Shown piece after piece: positions 29,565 to 39,933 of a stretch of 64,000 bases of DNA (its first letter is position 1; the number at the start of each line of letters is the position of its first letter). A model generated the notes under the pieces. It made no database searches and had not been told where the DNA came from. It was given only the letters and a program-made list of their open reading frames with translations. Source of the stretch: Fimbriimonadia bacterium (GTDB taxonomy: Bacteria; Armatimonadota; Fimbriimonadia; Fimbriimonadales; JABRVX01); the NCBI GenBank assembly GCA_041483895.1, contig JBGPGO010000003.1, forward strand, positions 64,001-128,000. Reading direction: 5' to 3'. The position numbers and the translations under genes are program-made.

Positions 29565-30881
29565 ATGACTCATGACAACGATATCTCTCGTAGGACCTTC
29601 CTTGGTGTCACTGCGGCCGGACTGATGGCTGCCGGTCTGCCGAAGTGGTTTGTGGAAGAGGCGGAAGCGGCTGAACTGGTGCAGGCCGGTAAGCGGCGCA
29701 AAATCGGCCCGAACGACACGATCCAGATCGCCTGCATCGGACCCGGCGGCAGCAAGGGCGGGTTCCGGCAGGGCCTAAACGACACCGCGTGGCTTGCCAG
29801 CAAGCAGGGCGTCAAGGTGATGGCCGTCTGCGATGTGGACCGGACCCACCGCGACGAGGCTTCCGCCAAGTTCGGCAGTTGCGACCGATATGACGACTTC
29901 CGCGAGGTGATTGCGCGCAAAGATATCGACGCCGTCGTCATCGGCACGCCGGACCACTGGCACGGCATCATTGCGGCCGCGGCCATGCGCGCGGGCAAAG
30001 ATGTCTATTGCGAAAAGCCGCTCACCCTGGATATTGACCAGGGAATCCGAATCACCAAAATATGGCGAGACACCAAGGCGGTCTTCCAAACCGGCAGCCA
30101 ACAGCGCTCCGACGGGCGGTTCCGTTTGGCCTGCGAGCTGGCCCGAAACGGCCGCATCGGCAATCTCAAGACCGTCGAGGCCCATCTGCCCGCCGGAACA
30201 ACAGCGGGCCCGTTCGAGGTCAAGCCGGTCCCCACGGACTTCAATTGGGACATGTGGCTGGGGCCCGCCCCGATGACAGACTATATCTATGAGCGGACCC
30301 ACGGCAGCTTCCGCCACTGGCTTGAGTATTCCGGCGGAATGATGACCGACTGGGGCGCACACCACAACGACATCGCACAGTGGGGCATGGGATCGGACCG
30401 CTCCGGCCCGATCTCGATTGAGGCGGTCGGCCTGAGAAAGTTCGGCCCGCGCAGCTACAACGCCTTTCAGGAGTTCGAGGTTACGTACACGTATGCGAAC
30501 GGCGTCAAGCTGATCACCGGACATCAGGGCGAGAACGGGGTCCAGTTCAACGGCGACGCGGGTTGGATATTCGTCAGCCGCGGAGAAATTCGCGCGAGCG
30601 ACCAGAAGCTGCTCGACGCACCATTGCCCGCCAGCGCCAAGAGGCTGTACGCGTCCGACGATCACGCCCAGAACCTCATCGACTGCATCCGCTCCCGGCA
30701 GCAACCCATCTGCGATTGCGAGATCGGCCATCGTTCCGTCTCCATCTGCCACCTCGGCAACATCTCGCTGCGGCTCGGCGGCCGGCGACTGGATTGGGAC
30801 CCGGTCAAGGAGATGTTCCCGAATGACCAAGAGGCGCAGGAAATGGTGGCAAGGCCGATCCGTGGCAACTGGAAGCTTTAG
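29565..30881 (+). CDS. Tat-exported Gfo/Idh/MocA oxidoreductase
   Basis: SRRTFL, IGTPDHWH, DVYCEKP, QTGSQQRS, WDMWLGPAP, DWGAHH. Confidence 0.95.
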   Translation: MTHDNDISRRTFLGVTAAGLMAAGLPKWFVEEAEAAELVQAGKRRKIGPNDTIQIACIGPGGSKGGFRQGLNDTAWLASKQGVKVMAVCDVDRTHRDEASAKFGSCDRYDDFREVIARKDIDAVVIGTPDHWHGIIAAAAMRAGKDVYCEKPLTLDIDQGIRITKIWRDTKAVFQTGSQQRSDGRFRLACELARNGRIGNLKTVEAHLPAGTTAGPFEVKPVPTDFNWDMWLGPAPMTDYIYERTHGSFRHWLEYSGGMMTDWGAHHNDIAQWGMGSDRSGPISIEAVGLRKFGPRSYNAFQEFEVTYTYANGVKLITGHQGENGVQFNGDAGWIFVSRGEIRASDQKLLDAPLPASAKRLYASDDHAQNLIDCIRSRQQPICDCEIGHRSVSICHLGNISLRLGGRRLDWDPVKEMFPNDQEAQEMVARPIRGNWKL

Positions 30882-31773
30882 GCGCGCAATATTGCGATCG
30901 CCGTTCGTTGTCGTCTTGGCGATATGGGCCTGCCTGCCTTGCTTAGGCTGGAACGCAACCGGCCACATGGTGGTGGCGGCCATCGCCTACAACCGGCTGC
31001 CGACGCAGGTCCGGCTCCGCGTGGATGCCGTACTCCAACACCATCCGGACTGTGAGAAATGGTCTGGCGAATACGAATCGAGGGGTGGAACGGTAGGGAA
31101 GGCCCTGTACGCCTTCATGCGGGCGAGCACATGGCCGGACGATATCCGCCGCTCCGGCAGCAGCTACGATCATCCCGCATGGCACTACATCGACTATCCG
31201 CTCACCGCAGCCCCGAACGCCCATCCAACCCGGCCCACGCCAAACGACGATCTGCTGTACGCCGTCGACTTGTGCAAAAAGAAACTCGGGGATCAATCCA
31301 CGCCTGCCAAGGAGAAAGCCGCCTATCTAAGCTGGCTTCTGCACCTGATCGGCGACGAGCACATGCCCTTGCACTGCTGCTGCCTCGTCAACGACCGCTA
31401 TAAGGCCCCGAACGGCGACCGAGGCGGGAACGACTTTTGGGTGAAAGATGAGGGAAAAGAGACCCGCCTTCACGGGTTTTGGGACGGACTGCTGGGTAGC
31501 AGCCACGACACGGCGGACATAATGGCGTTGGCGAAACAGTGCGGCCCGGCCGGCGGCCTTCCGTCCGTCAATCCTGTTCGATGGAGTTTGGAAGGGTACA
31601 AGGCCGCACGGCAGTTCGCGTACCTCAACCTGACTTTGCGGGGTGGCGCCAAAGCGTCCAATGCCATTGAGCTTCCCGGCTGTTACGAAGATAAAGCGGT
31701 GGCGAAGGCAAAGTCGCGGATCGGTCTTGCCGGGGTCCGCTTGGCCGCGACCATCATCGCCTGGCTAAGGTAG
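30862..31773 (+). CDS. S1/P1 nuclease
   Basis: WNATGHMVV, STWPDDIR, WHYID, LHLIGDEHMPLH, DRGGN, LHGFWD. Start uncertain (30862 or 30892). Confidence 0.92.
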   Translation: MATGSFRRAILRSPFVVVLAIWACLPCLGWNATGHMVVAAIAYNRLPTQVRLRVDAVLQHHPDCEKWSGEYESRGGTVGKALYAFMRASTWPDDIRRSGSSYDHPAWHYIDYPLTAAPNAHPTRPTPNDDLLYAVDLCKKKLGDQSTPAKEKAAYLSWLLHLIGDEHMPLHCCCLVNDRYKAPNGDRGGNDFWVKDEGKETRLHGFWDGLLGSSHDTADIMALAKQCGPAGGLPSVNPVRWSLEGYKAARQFAYLNLTLRGGAKASNAIELPGCYEDKAVAKAKSRIGLAGVRLAATIIAWLR

Positions 31774-31837
31774 CGATGGGTTAGACAGACCCAGATTCAC
31801 GAATTGCTTTTTCCAGGAGTCATAATGTCGATGACCT

Positions 31838-32485
31838 GTGAGCAGAGCAATCCTTGTCCTAAACGGAGATCCCCCTGGCCGACGGCTTTTGCGGTCGCTG
31901 GTTAAACAGGCCGACGTCGTCGTCGCGGCAGATGGCGGCGCGGCCCCGCTCGGCGATGCCAACCTGCCCATCCACGTCGTAATCGGTGATATGGATTCAT
32001 TCCACCCGGATATGCTGGGAGGTCTCACAGACGTCACAATCATCCACGACCCGGACCAAGAATCCACCGATGTCGAGAAGGCGCTGACCTGGATTCTCAC
32101 CAGCACGGACTCGCGGGATATCGTGCTGGCCGGCACGCGAAGCACGGAGATCGATCACATGCTGGGCACCCTCAGCGTTGCGGCGCGTTTCGCCCATGGG
32201 TGCGATTTGCGGGCGGTGGAAGACAACCTGATCACCTATTTCGTCACCTATCGAGTCTGTCTCGATCTGGCTGTCGGCACCAAACTATCTCTGATGGGCC
32301 TCGGCACGGCATCGGGCATTCGGACGGAAGGGCTGCGCTGGCCGCTGCGAGGAGAGAATTTGGCTCTCGGCGTCCGAGACGGCATCCGGAACGAAGTGTC
32401 CGCACCAAAGGTGAAGATAAGCGTGCGGGAGGGCTGCCTGGCGGTTTTCGTCGAGCGCTGCCGCAGCGAGCCGTTCATTTGGTAA
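31838..32485 (+). CDS. thiN: Thiamine pyrophosphokinase
   Basis: VAADGG, IGDMDS, DQESTDVEKAL, DHMLG, GLRWPL, GIRNE. Confidence 0.92.
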   Translation: MSRAILVLNGDPPGRRLLRSLVKQADVVVAADGGAAPLGDANLPIHVVIGDMDSFHPDMLGGLTDVTIIHDPDQESTDVEKALTWILTSTDSRDIVLAGTRSTEIDHMLGTLSVAARFAHGCDLRAVEDNLITYFVTYRVCLDLAVGTKLSLMGLGTASGIRTEGLRWPLRGENLALGVRDGIRNEVSAPKVKISVREGCLAVFVERCRSEPFIW

Positions 32486-33894
32486 GGTTCGCGGCGGCGG
32501 ACTACGTTGTCGTCCTCGTTTTCTTGATCATCGTGCTGGTCGTGGGGTTTTCCGCCAAAAGGGCCGCAAGGTCGCTCGACTACATCGTTGCCGGCCGCGC
32601 GGTCACGCTTCCGGCGCTCGTCGCCACGTTGGTCGCCACATGGTACGGCGGCATATTGGGAATTGGCGAATATACGTACCAGTATGGAATTTCCAACTGG
32701 GTGGTGCTCGGCCTGCCGTATTACATCTTCGCAATCCTGTTCGCATACCTATTGGCGCCCCACATTCGGGAGGCGGCAACCTATAGTTTGGCGGACCGCC
32801 TGGCGCAATCCTACGGTCGATGGGCGGCGATCGTCGGCGGGGTTCTTACCTTCATCCTCGTAACGCCCGCGCCTTATCTGCTGATGATGGGCCTGCTTCT
32901 CAGCCGGATCTTCGGCTTGAATCTTATCGCGTGTATGGCGATCGGGGGCGCAGTTTCCACGATCTATCTCTATCGCGGCGGTTTGGGCGCGGACATTCGC
33001 GTCAATATCGTGCAGTTTCTCGCCATGTACATCGGGATTGCCGTCATCATCCCGTTCTGCATCGCAAAGTATGGCGGCCTTGGTTTCCTCCGGGCAAACC
33101 TCCCGCAGGGGCATTGGACTTGGGACGGCGGCAATGGCACGCTGTACGTCATATCCTGGTTCTTCATCGCCCTTTGGACCCTGGTCGACCCCGGTTTTCA
33201 TCAGAGGGCGGCCGCCGCAAAGGACCCGATGGTGGCGAAGAAGGCGATCCTGTGGTCGGTTCTGCTCTGGTTCGTGTTCGACCTGATCACGACGACGGCC
33301 GGCCTATACTCCCGCGCCATACTTCGGGACGAGATCGTCTCCGACGCCACGAACGCCTTCCCAATCTTGGCCGAGCGTGTCCTCACCCCCGGCTTCCTGG
33401 GACTGTTCTATGTCGGCATGGCCGCAACCGTCATGTCCACGCTTGTCAGCTACGCCTTTTTGGGCGGGGTGGCCTTCGGAAGGGACATCGTCTGGCGGTT
33501 ACGGGCGCAGGAGACGGAAGATCGGCTCAACCGGTACACGCGGGTGGGCATTCTTGTCGCGACCGTCGCCGGCTTCATCATCGCCTACTACGTGCGCAGC
33601 GTCGTGGAGCTATGGTTCTCGCTTGGCTCCTGCATCATTCCTGGGCTGCTGCTGCCTGTCGTTCTTTCCTTCTTTCCCCGGCTGCGGCCGATGCCAAAGA
33701 CCGCCCTGGCCATGCTGTTCCTGGGCTCAGTGACCTCCACCATTTGGTTCATTTGGGGAACTTTGGAGATGGCCGGCGCATATCCGCTGGGACTGCTTCC
33801 CATGTACCCTGGGCTCCTCGTGACGCTTCTTTTGTATGCGGCGGATCGAATGTCGGCAGGAGGACGCCGGAAGGCCGCAGAAAGGTTGGCGTGA
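32479..33894 (+). CDS. Sodium:solute symporter (probable thiamine/precursor uptake)
   Basis: DYIVAGR, ATWYGG, VDPGFHQR, MSTLVS; many TM helices; overlaps the thiN stop. Confidence 0.88.
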   Translation: MVRFAAADYVVVLVFLIIVLVVGFSAKRAARSLDYIVAGRAVTLPALVATLVATWYGGILGIGEYTYQYGISNWVVLGLPYYIFAILFAYLLAPHIREAATYSLADRLAQSYGRWAAIVGGVLTFILVTPAPYLLMMGLLLSRIFGLNLIACMAIGGAVSTIYLYRGGLGADIRVNIVQFLAMYIGIAVIIPFCIAKYGGLGFLRANLPQGHWTWDGGNGTLYVISWFFIALWTLVDPGFHQRAAAAKDPMVAKKAILWSVLLWFVFDLITTTAGLYSRAILRDEIVSDATNAFPILAERVLTPGFLGLFYVGMAATVMSTLVSYAFLGGVAFGRDIVWRLRAQETEDRLNRYTRVGILVATVAGFIIAYYVRSVVELWFSLGSCIIPGLLLPVVLSFFPRLRPMPKTALAMLFLGSVTSTIWFIWGTLEMAGAYPLGLLPMYPGLLVTLLLYAADRMSAGGRRKAAERLA

Positions 33895-34325
33895 TGACCG
33901 ATCCTAACGAAGAGCCGATTGCCGTTCCGGAAGACACCACAGGCCAGCCTGTTGCGCCTGAGCCCTATGCCCAGTTGCGATACGTGGACAATTCAGGCCG
34001 GACCGACACCCTATTCCATGTCGGCGTGAACTGCATCATTGGCCGGCACGATCCGGCGGTGGCCGATGTTGACGTGGACCTCTCCGACCTGCCGGATTCC
34101 AAGTTCGTGAGCCGCAAGCATGCCCGGATTTATCATGAAGAAGAGAAATGGATGCTGGCGGAATTCAATTCCGCGAACGGCACTTTTCTGTATGGCGAGG
34201 GCGGTCCCAATTTCGTAAAGGTTTCGGACCCGGTGGAGGTGAAGGAAGGCGACGAGATCGTGTTTGGCAACCTGCGTTTCCGCTTCGAAATCCCACCCCC
34301 GTTCCAGATCGAGGAAGAAAGCTAG
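33894..34325 (+). CDS. FHA-domain protein
   Basis: IIGR, VSRKHARI, SANGTF, GDEIVFG; start coupled to the upstream stop. Confidence 0.9.
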   Translation: MTDPNEEPIAVPEDTTGQPVAPEPYAQLRYVDNSGRTDTLFHVGVNCIIGRHDPAVADVDVDLSDLPDSKFVSRKHARIYHEEEKWMLAEFNSANGTFLYGEGGPNFVKVSDPVEVKEGDEIVFGNLRFRFEIPPPFQIEEES

Positions 34326-34383
34326 GCCGAACTGGTTTCGGAGGGGTGAAGAGCGAAAAGTTGCTGTATAATATGATCAGGCC

Positions 34384-34971
34384 ATGAGCTTGTGCCTACT
34401 GTTTTGTCGTCCGGGAGCCGGTTGCGTTCCAGGTGGCGGTTGCAATGAAGCTGGAGGGAAAATCGTGAATACCCACATACCGAAGGCGAACACCTTTCTC
34501 AATTGTCCTGCCGGTGGAGTACTATCCCTATTCGACGACAGTGGCAACACTTTCGTGCCCTCGTTCCATGACGGTTCGGACTTCGGTCCCTCGCACGGCA
34601 TCTTGGCCAAAATCCAGGATGTAACGAGCGGCGGAACTGTAATCAAAGGAATCGGAACGAAGATCTTCGAGGCGAACTCGGGAAGCAGCGGCCAGAAAGA
34701 CGTCCGGACAACGCCGTGCTCATTTCGCAAGACCCTCACCAGCCTTTACGTCGCGGTCGCGACAGGGAATGGCGACCTGTACGTCATGGCCACATCCGGT
34801 GCGGTCCCCAGCTCCTTTCCCCGCGCGCTAGGCGGCGAAGTTGGGATGGCAGCCGGAACGGCAAATGGAAACGGCGGTTTCGCGCCTGGCATTGTCATCG
34901 ACAACGAGGGTACCGCGATTATCGGAACGCAGAATGGCAAGATGGTAGCCGTTTGGCTTCCGCAGTCTTGA
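34384..34971 (+). CDS. Hypothetical protein, possibly a truncated beta-propeller fragment
   Basis: C-terminal LYVAVATGNGDLYVM and IVIDNEGTAIIGTQNGKMVAV look like propeller blades; the N-terminus is unconvincing. Confidence 0.45.
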   Translation: MSLCLLFCRPGAGCVPGGGCNEAGGKIVNTHIPKANTFLNCPAGGVLSLFDDSGNTFVPSFHDGSDFGPSHGILAKIQDVTSGGTVIKGIGTKIFEANSGSSGQKDVRTTPCSFRKTLTSLYVAVATGNGDLYVMATSGAVPSSFPRALGGEVGMAAGTANGNGGFAPGIVIDNEGTAIIGTQNGKMVAVWLPQS

Positions 34972-34979
34972 CGCGAACT

Positions 34980-35005
34980 GGCCCGGGGGCTTCGGCTCCC
35001 GGGCC
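34980..35005 (+). terminator. Strong hairpin with C(UUCG)G loop, no U-tract
   Basis: GGCCCGGGGGC-TTCG-GCTCCCGGGCC. Confidence 0.55.
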
Positions 35006-35029
35006 CGGATCGGTTGAAAGGTCATTTCA

Positions 35030-36388
35030 TTGAAGAATTATTATCTACCGGCAATGCTCCTCTGCTGGTTTTTCGGCGCTTCGGTCGGCGCTCAGATGTT
35101 CTGGAAAAATGAAATCTTATTGAAGGGCGCTTCCAGCTTTTATCCGCCGAATCTCCAGCAGCCGCTGGTAAACAGGCAAGGTGACGTTGCCTATTCCGCA
35201 AGACTTCCCGGTGGGTACCAGGATGTCTACGTCAACTCAACAAACGTCTCATCACTGGCATTGGGGAACGGTTCACATGGCGCTTGGGCTTCCATGATAA
35301 ACAACAGCGGACAGGTAACTTGGCAGGGATATGGGCAACAGGGAGGGGTCCGAGTTTTCGTGGATCAGGAGGACTGGTCCACAAAAGTGCTCGGCCCAAA
35401 TGACAAGAGACAGATCAGCGCGGATGGCATGGACGATAAGGGGATACCGGTTTTCCTGGCCGAACACACCACCGCGGGCGGCGTTGACGCGATTTATCAC
35501 GGCTACCAAAACCTCTCCGCAAACCTGGTTGCATCCGACCATCTGGGAAACTATGGTGGTCTCGTAAACGGACAAGGCGATGTCGCGTGGCGCGCCGGCG
35601 GCACTGCGGAATTTGGTTATGGATATCGAATCTTCAAGAACGACCAACCGCTTTCGGACCTTGTCTATGGCGGGCCGCAATGGAGTGCCACAAGCTTGTT
35701 GAAGGTCAACTCAAAAGGCCAGGTCGGTTGGAGCGGTTGGATGGGCAATGGCAATCATGTCTTCATCGATACTTTCGACTACAGCGCCGACTACTTTCAC
35801 GGCAAGGTGCACGACTCCGGCATAATCGGACTCAACTCCAAGGGCGATACCTTTTGGGCAGCATTGTATGATGGCAAGTCGGTCCTGTTCCTCGATCACA
35901 ACATCCTAGCGACGGAGGACGCCAACAACACTTCATTCTCGGTTTATTTCCTTTCCGAAAACGGCGTTGCCGTTTGGCAAGCCAAGTTGCCGGATGGGCT
36001 TTGGCACTTGTTCAAGAATACGACGCCGCTGGACACCTCATTGCTTGGTGCACACCCACAGATCTATCCCGGCGGCATCGACGACGAAGGCCACGTTCTC
36101 TGGCAAGGAAAAGGGGATGCCATGGGACCGAACGCCCACATGTTCGTGGATAACTTCGATCTCTCCGCAAGCGTCTTCCCCGACCACGAAAACTGGCACG
36201 CCGTGCCCATGGCGATGGGAGCAAACGGACATGTGCTATGGGCCGCCTACGATGTCCGCACCGGCCTCTACGACATCTACCGTTCCACCCCCGTCCCGGA
36301 ACCGTCGGCCGTCGTTCCAGTTGCGCTCTTTGCATGCTCGGGTTGGATGTGGCGGTCAGTTGGGAAGTGCTCTCGACGGCGCAGCTAA
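35030..36388 (+). CDS. PEP-CTERM sorted protein with INxxG.V.W repeats
   Basis: Signal peptide; repeated VN..G.VAW blades; TPVPEPSAVVPVALF...RRRS. Confidence 0.88.
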   Translation: MKNYYLPAMLLCWFFGASVGAQMFWKNEILLKGASSFYPPNLQQPLVNRQGDVAYSARLPGGYQDVYVNSTNVSSLALGNGSHGAWASMINNSGQVTWQGYGQQGGVRVFVDQEDWSTKVLGPNDKRQISADGMDDKGIPVFLAEHTTAGGVDAIYHGYQNLSANLVASDHLGNYGGLVNGQGDVAWRAGGTAEFGYGYRIFKNDQPLSDLVYGGPQWSATSLLKVNSKGQVGWSGWMGNGNHVFIDTFDYSADYFHGKVHDSGIIGLNSKGDTFWAALYDGKSVLFLDHNILATEDANNTSFSVYFLSENGVAVWQAKLPDGLWHLFKNTTPLDTSLLGAHPQIYPGGIDDEGHVLWQGKGDAMGPNAHMFVDNFDLSASVFPDHENWHAVPMAMGANGHVLWAAYDVRTGLYDIYRSTPVPEPSAVVPVALFACSGWMWRSVGKCSRRRS

Positions 36389-36405
36389 GAGTTCAAGTGC
36401 GATGC

Positions 36406-36846
36406 CTACAATTGAAGCGCAAGCCGGAAGATCGACTCATAGAAGCCGGACCATTCCGCGTAATGCTCCGGTAGCTCATCCAGCCCCATCAGCGATGTCT
36501 GGCTAGAACGAGAGTCCGACGAGTGTGGCGGGAACGTAAGCAATTCCCCAACGAAAGCCATCGCTACCTCTTCACTATGGAGTTGGAAATAACCGAAGGG
36601 CCGGAGGTCCTTCGCGACGGTCCCCGCCTCTTCCATCAGTTCGCGCTCCGCGGCTTCCAGCGCGGTCTCCCCGGCCTCTATATGCCCGCTCGGAACGCAC
36701 CAGCCCCGGCCCGGAATGTCGGCGACCACAAAACAATCGCCGGAACGTACGAACGCAAGCACGTAGGAGGGAGGTCGCGGAGGTTCCAGAGAGAGGTGAA
36801 ATGTGATCGGCTGTCCGGCCCAGCTACCCCGAACGGGCTCTACCAC
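36406..36846 (-). CDS. NUDIX hydrolase
   Basis: GHIEAGETALEAAERELMEEAG Nudix box. Confidence 0.9.
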   Translation of the reverse strand: MVEPVRGSWAGQPITFHLSLEPPRPPSYVLAFVRSGDCFVVADIPGRGWCVPSGHIEAGETALEAAERELMEEAGTVAKDLRPFGYFQLHSEEVAMAFVGELLTFPPHSSDSRSSQTSLMGLDELPEHYAEWSGFYESIFRLALQL

Positions 36847-37313
36847 CGAACAACCTTGCCGACGATTCGCGATCGAGGAATGACGCCGAATATCCGGCTG
36901 TCCACACTGTCCATGCGGTTGTCGCCGACGACAAAGACATAGCCCGGCGGGATGCGGAACGGCACGCCCCTCGGCGCCAATTCCGAAGGCACCGGGTCGC
37001 CGTCCTCGAACATCAGTCGTTTCACGAGCAGGGAACTGTCCGGATCATCCGCGTCGCGCAGGATAACCACATCGCCCCGGTGGGCATCGCCGAATAGCCA
37101 AAAACCCTTGGTTATGAGCATCCGCTGTCCGTTCCACAGGGTCGGCTCCATGGAGCGGCCTTCCACTTCCATAGACTGGAAATTGAAGTACCCGAACGCG
37201 GCGACCCCGGCAAGCACAGACAAAACGACGGTGAACGGCCGAACCCGCGCGCGGTGAACTGGGGCAGCGGGAAGCGTTCGGGCCTCGAAAACGGTACCAT
37301 TCGACTCGCTCAT
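36840..37313 (-). CDS. lepB: Signal peptidase I
   Basis: GRSMEPTL, LVKR, GDNRMDSVDSR. Confidence 0.92.
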   Translation of the reverse strand: MSESNGTVFEARTLPAAPVHRARVRPFTVVLSVLAGVAAFGYFNFQSMEVEGRSMEPTLWNGQRMLITKGFWLFGDAHRGDVVILRDADDPDSSLLVKRLMFEDGDPVPSELAPRGVPFRIPPGYVFVVGDNRMDSVDSRIFGVIPRSRIVGKVVRW

Positions 37314-37367
37314 ACCTCATAATAGTACGTCGAAATCGGTGCAAGATTTCCATAACCGGAGGATTTT

Positions 37368-37877
37368 TTGAATTCGGTCGCCGCAAACCTAGGAATCAGC
37401 CTGCAATCCCTACCGGGATGGGTGCTCGCTCTCTGCCTTCTGCAGGCCGTCACCCTCGTCGTCCTGATCTCCGTCTTTCGACAACAGACGCACCAGGCCC
37501 GCCGATGGCAGCGGCTGCTCCGGGATGTCAGCGGGCAGAACCTGCTAGAATTGCTTGAACAGAGCATCGAGATGAATCGGCGCCAGGAGGATCACCTTAG
37601 CTCGCTGGAGACGCGGGTTTCGAACCTGGACGCCCGAATGAACAAGAGCATTCGCAAGATCGGTTTGATCAAATACGACGCCTTCCCGGACGTGGGCGGC
37701 CAGCAGAGCTTTGCCCTCGCGATGATGGACGACGGCGGTGACGGGGCGGTGCTGACGGGCCAGTGCGGCCGTTCGGAAAGCCGAATCTTTGCCAAGCCGT
37801 TGACGGAAAAGCAGGCTCGCGTGGCGTTGACCCAAGAGGAGCTTGCCGCGATCCAGGCTGCCGAAGGATGGGATTGA
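37368..37877 (+). CDS. DUF4446 family protein
   Basis: TM helix and coiled coil, then YDAFPDVGGQQSFALA...GRSESRIFAKP. Confidence 0.85.
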   Translation: MNSVAANLGISLQSLPGWVLALCLLQAVTLVVLISVFRQQTHQARRWQRLLRDVSGQNLLELLEQSIEMNRRQEDHLSSLETRVSNLDARMNKSIRKIGLIKYDAFPDVGGQQSFALAMMDDGGDGAVLTGQCGRSESRIFAKPLTEKQARVALTQEELAAIQAAEGWD

Positions 37878-38470
37878 CCACACCCACCAAGCCCGAAGAG
37901 TCGCTGCTGATATTGCGGGCGCAGCAGGGCGAGCGTTCCGCCTTCGACGCGCTGGTTTCCCTCTACAAAACCCGCGCCTATCAATTCGCCATGAAGCTGT
38001 CGGGCAATGAAGACGATGCTGCGGACATGGTGGCGGAGGCGTTCATCCGGGCCTTCAAGGCAATTCAGAGCTTTCGCAGCGAGGCCAGCTTTTCTACCTG
38101 GCTTTTCCGAATTCTCTCGAATGCCTACCTGGACATGCACCGGCGGGACAAGAGCCGCAAGCAGGTCTCTATCGAGGAGACGATGGAGGGGGACGATGGG
38201 GAGATGCAGCGGCAATTCGCGGACGATGCGCCCAATCCCCAGGAGCTCGCCGAGCTGTCGGAGCGCTCCAGGGCCCTAAAAAGGGCGATTCGAACCTTGC
38301 CGCCAGACCAACGGCTCATGATCCTTCTCTTTCACTCAGAGGAGAAATCCTACGAGGAGATCGCCGATATCATCGGCCACCCGATTGGGACCGTCAAGAG
38401 CCGCATGAATCGGGCACGGCTAAACCTGCGAAAAATTCTGTCCGCCAACCCGGAACTTTTCCCCCCATAG
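37868..38470 (+). CDS. ECF RNA polymerase sigma factor
   Basis: DAADMVAEAF, FSTWLFRI, SYEEIA..IGHPIGTVKSRMNRAR. Start 37868 or 37874. Confidence 0.95.
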   Translation: MGLTTPTKPEESLLILRAQQGERSAFDALVSLYKTRAYQFAMKLSGNEDDAADMVAEAFIRAFKAIQSFRSEASFSTWLFRILSNAYLDMHRRDKSRKQVSIEETMEGDDGEMQRQFADDAPNPQELAELSERSRALKRAIRTLPPDQRLMILLFHSEEKSYEEIADIIGHPIGTVKSRMNRARLNLRKILSANPELFPP

Positions 38471-38504
38471 GGTAGTCAGACATCTAACGCGGGATGAAAC
38501 GATT

Positions 38505-39161
38505 ATGAATTGCGAAAAAGTACAGGAACAGTTTAGCGAGTACAGAGAAGGGGCGCTCACCGAAGGGATGAGGCTCATTGTCAGGGAGCACCTGACTGCC
38601 TGTAGCGGCTGCAGGACCAGCTACACGCAGTTCGAGCACATATGGGGTTGGTTGGGGGATCTGGAGCCGGATCCGGTTCCCGCCAACCTATCTCACTATG
38701 TGAGCGGCCGCATTTCAGCCGCAGCCATGCAGTCCGAGTATGCCAGCCCGTTCCCTTGGTTCAAGTTCCTGCGGAATCTGGCCTTTGCGGGCGCCGCGGC
38801 AACCGCTCTGTTCTTCGCAGCCTTCCGAGTGGTGCCGCTTTTCAACGTCCAGTCTGCCGGTCCTGGCACAGAGGCTGTTATCCAAAGTCCTCACCTTGTA
38901 TCTATCGAAGGCAACTGGTCGATTCAATTCGATGCGAAGGAAAGCGGCACCGCCGAGTTGATTGAAGTTATGACGGATGGCGCCCGGCATACCGTTGATG
39001 AGTTCGCGGTTCCGAAAGGCGCTCCGGTAAGCATCTCACTCAGGAACTTCGCGGAGAGGAAAGAGACAACGGGTCTGATTCTTCGGTTGACATACGGTTC
39101 CAAGCAGAAAGAGATTTTATTTGATAAGCCGTTCCATGCCACAGGCAGCGAGGCAAGATAA
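38505..39161 (+). CDS. Zinc-binding (zf-HC2/ZAS) anti-sigma factor
   Basis: MNC...HLTACSGC, followed by a TM helix; directly downstream of the ECF sigma. Confidence 0.9.
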   Translation: MNCEKVQEQFSEYREGALTEGMRLIVREHLTACSGCRTSYTQFEHIWGWLGDLEPDPVPANLSHYVSGRISAAAMQSEYASPFPWFKFLRNLAFAGAAATALFFAAFRVVPLFNVQSAGPGTEAVIQSPHLVSIEGNWSIQFDAKESGTAELIEVMTDGARHTVDEFAVPKGAPVSISLRNFAERKETTGLILRLTYGSKQKEILFDKPFHATGSEAR

Positions 39162-39204
39162 GATAGACGCTAGTTTTTCGGTTCGAGATTGTTGAGGACT
39201 CCTG

Positions 39205-39234
39205 ACCCCGTGGCTCCCACCTCCGCCACGGGGT
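39205..39234. repeat. Palindrome between convergent genes (REP-like or terminator)
   Basis: ACCCCGTGGC-10 nt-GCCACGGGGT. Confidence 0.65.
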
Positions 39235-39289
39235 TGGTGTTATGTGCCTACGCGGGTCTCGGTGGTCGGCGGAGGGCCAATCGGACTTG

Positions 39290-39850
39290 TTATCCCTTCA
39301 CGATCTTCAGAATGTCCTTGAACTCTGCCGAGCCGCTCTCGTACATCCACTCATAGACCACGCTCTCGGTGTTCGCGATGATTGCCCCTGCCGCCTCCAT
39401 CCGCCGCAGGGCGTTCTTGTGGTTCTTCTTGTCCCGGCTGGAGACCGCGTCGAAGGGAATTCCGACCGTGTACCCCGCGTGGAGCAGGTCGTGAGCGGTC
39501 TGGTTGACGCAGATATGGGTCTCGATGCCGCACAAGATCACTTGCTTGCGCCCGGTGGTCTGCAGGTTCCGAGCGAACTCCTCCGCCCCAAAGCAGCTAA
39601 AGCATAGTTTGTCCGTGGTCGGGCAAGAGGACGGGAGTAACTCGCTGATGGCCGCAATCGTCCCTCCCATGCGCTCGGCGTACTGAACCGTGGCCAAAAT
39701 CGGCACGCCCAGCACATTTGCGCATCGGATCAGGAACTGGGAACGCTCGACAACCCGTTCTTTCTCATAGACGGGGTCGAGAAACGACTGTTGGACGTCA
39801 ACAACAACCAGGGCAGACTGTTCGCGGGTGAATAGCTTGGGACTTCGCAT
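39290..39850 (-). CDS. Isochorismatase-family hydrolase
   Basis: LVVVDVQ, DKLCFSC, GIETHICVNQT. Confidence 0.92.
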   Translation of the reverse strand: MRSPKLFTREQSALVVVDVQQSFLDPVYEKERVVERSQFLIRCANVLGVPILATVQYAERMGGTIAAISELLPSSCPTTDKLCFSCFGAEEFARNLQTTGRKQVILCGIETHICVNQTAHDLLHAGYTVGIPFDAVSSRDKKNHKNALRRMEAAGAIIANTESVVYEWMYESGSAEFKDILKIVKG

Positions 39851-39933
39851 AAGGCCAGTTTGCCAGAACCCGGCCCGCCGATACAATAATAATAGGTAGA
39901 CTTCGAGGTCGTCTCGTCGCAGGAGGTCCAATC

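Noticed and set aside
32820..34325. 501-aa ORF
   Set aside because: Only the last ~143 aa (FHA domain) are credible; the rest shadows the symporter.
39291..39304. TATCCCTTCACGAT as a fifth palindrome copy
   Set aside because: Half-site only, and it lies within the end of a coding sequence.
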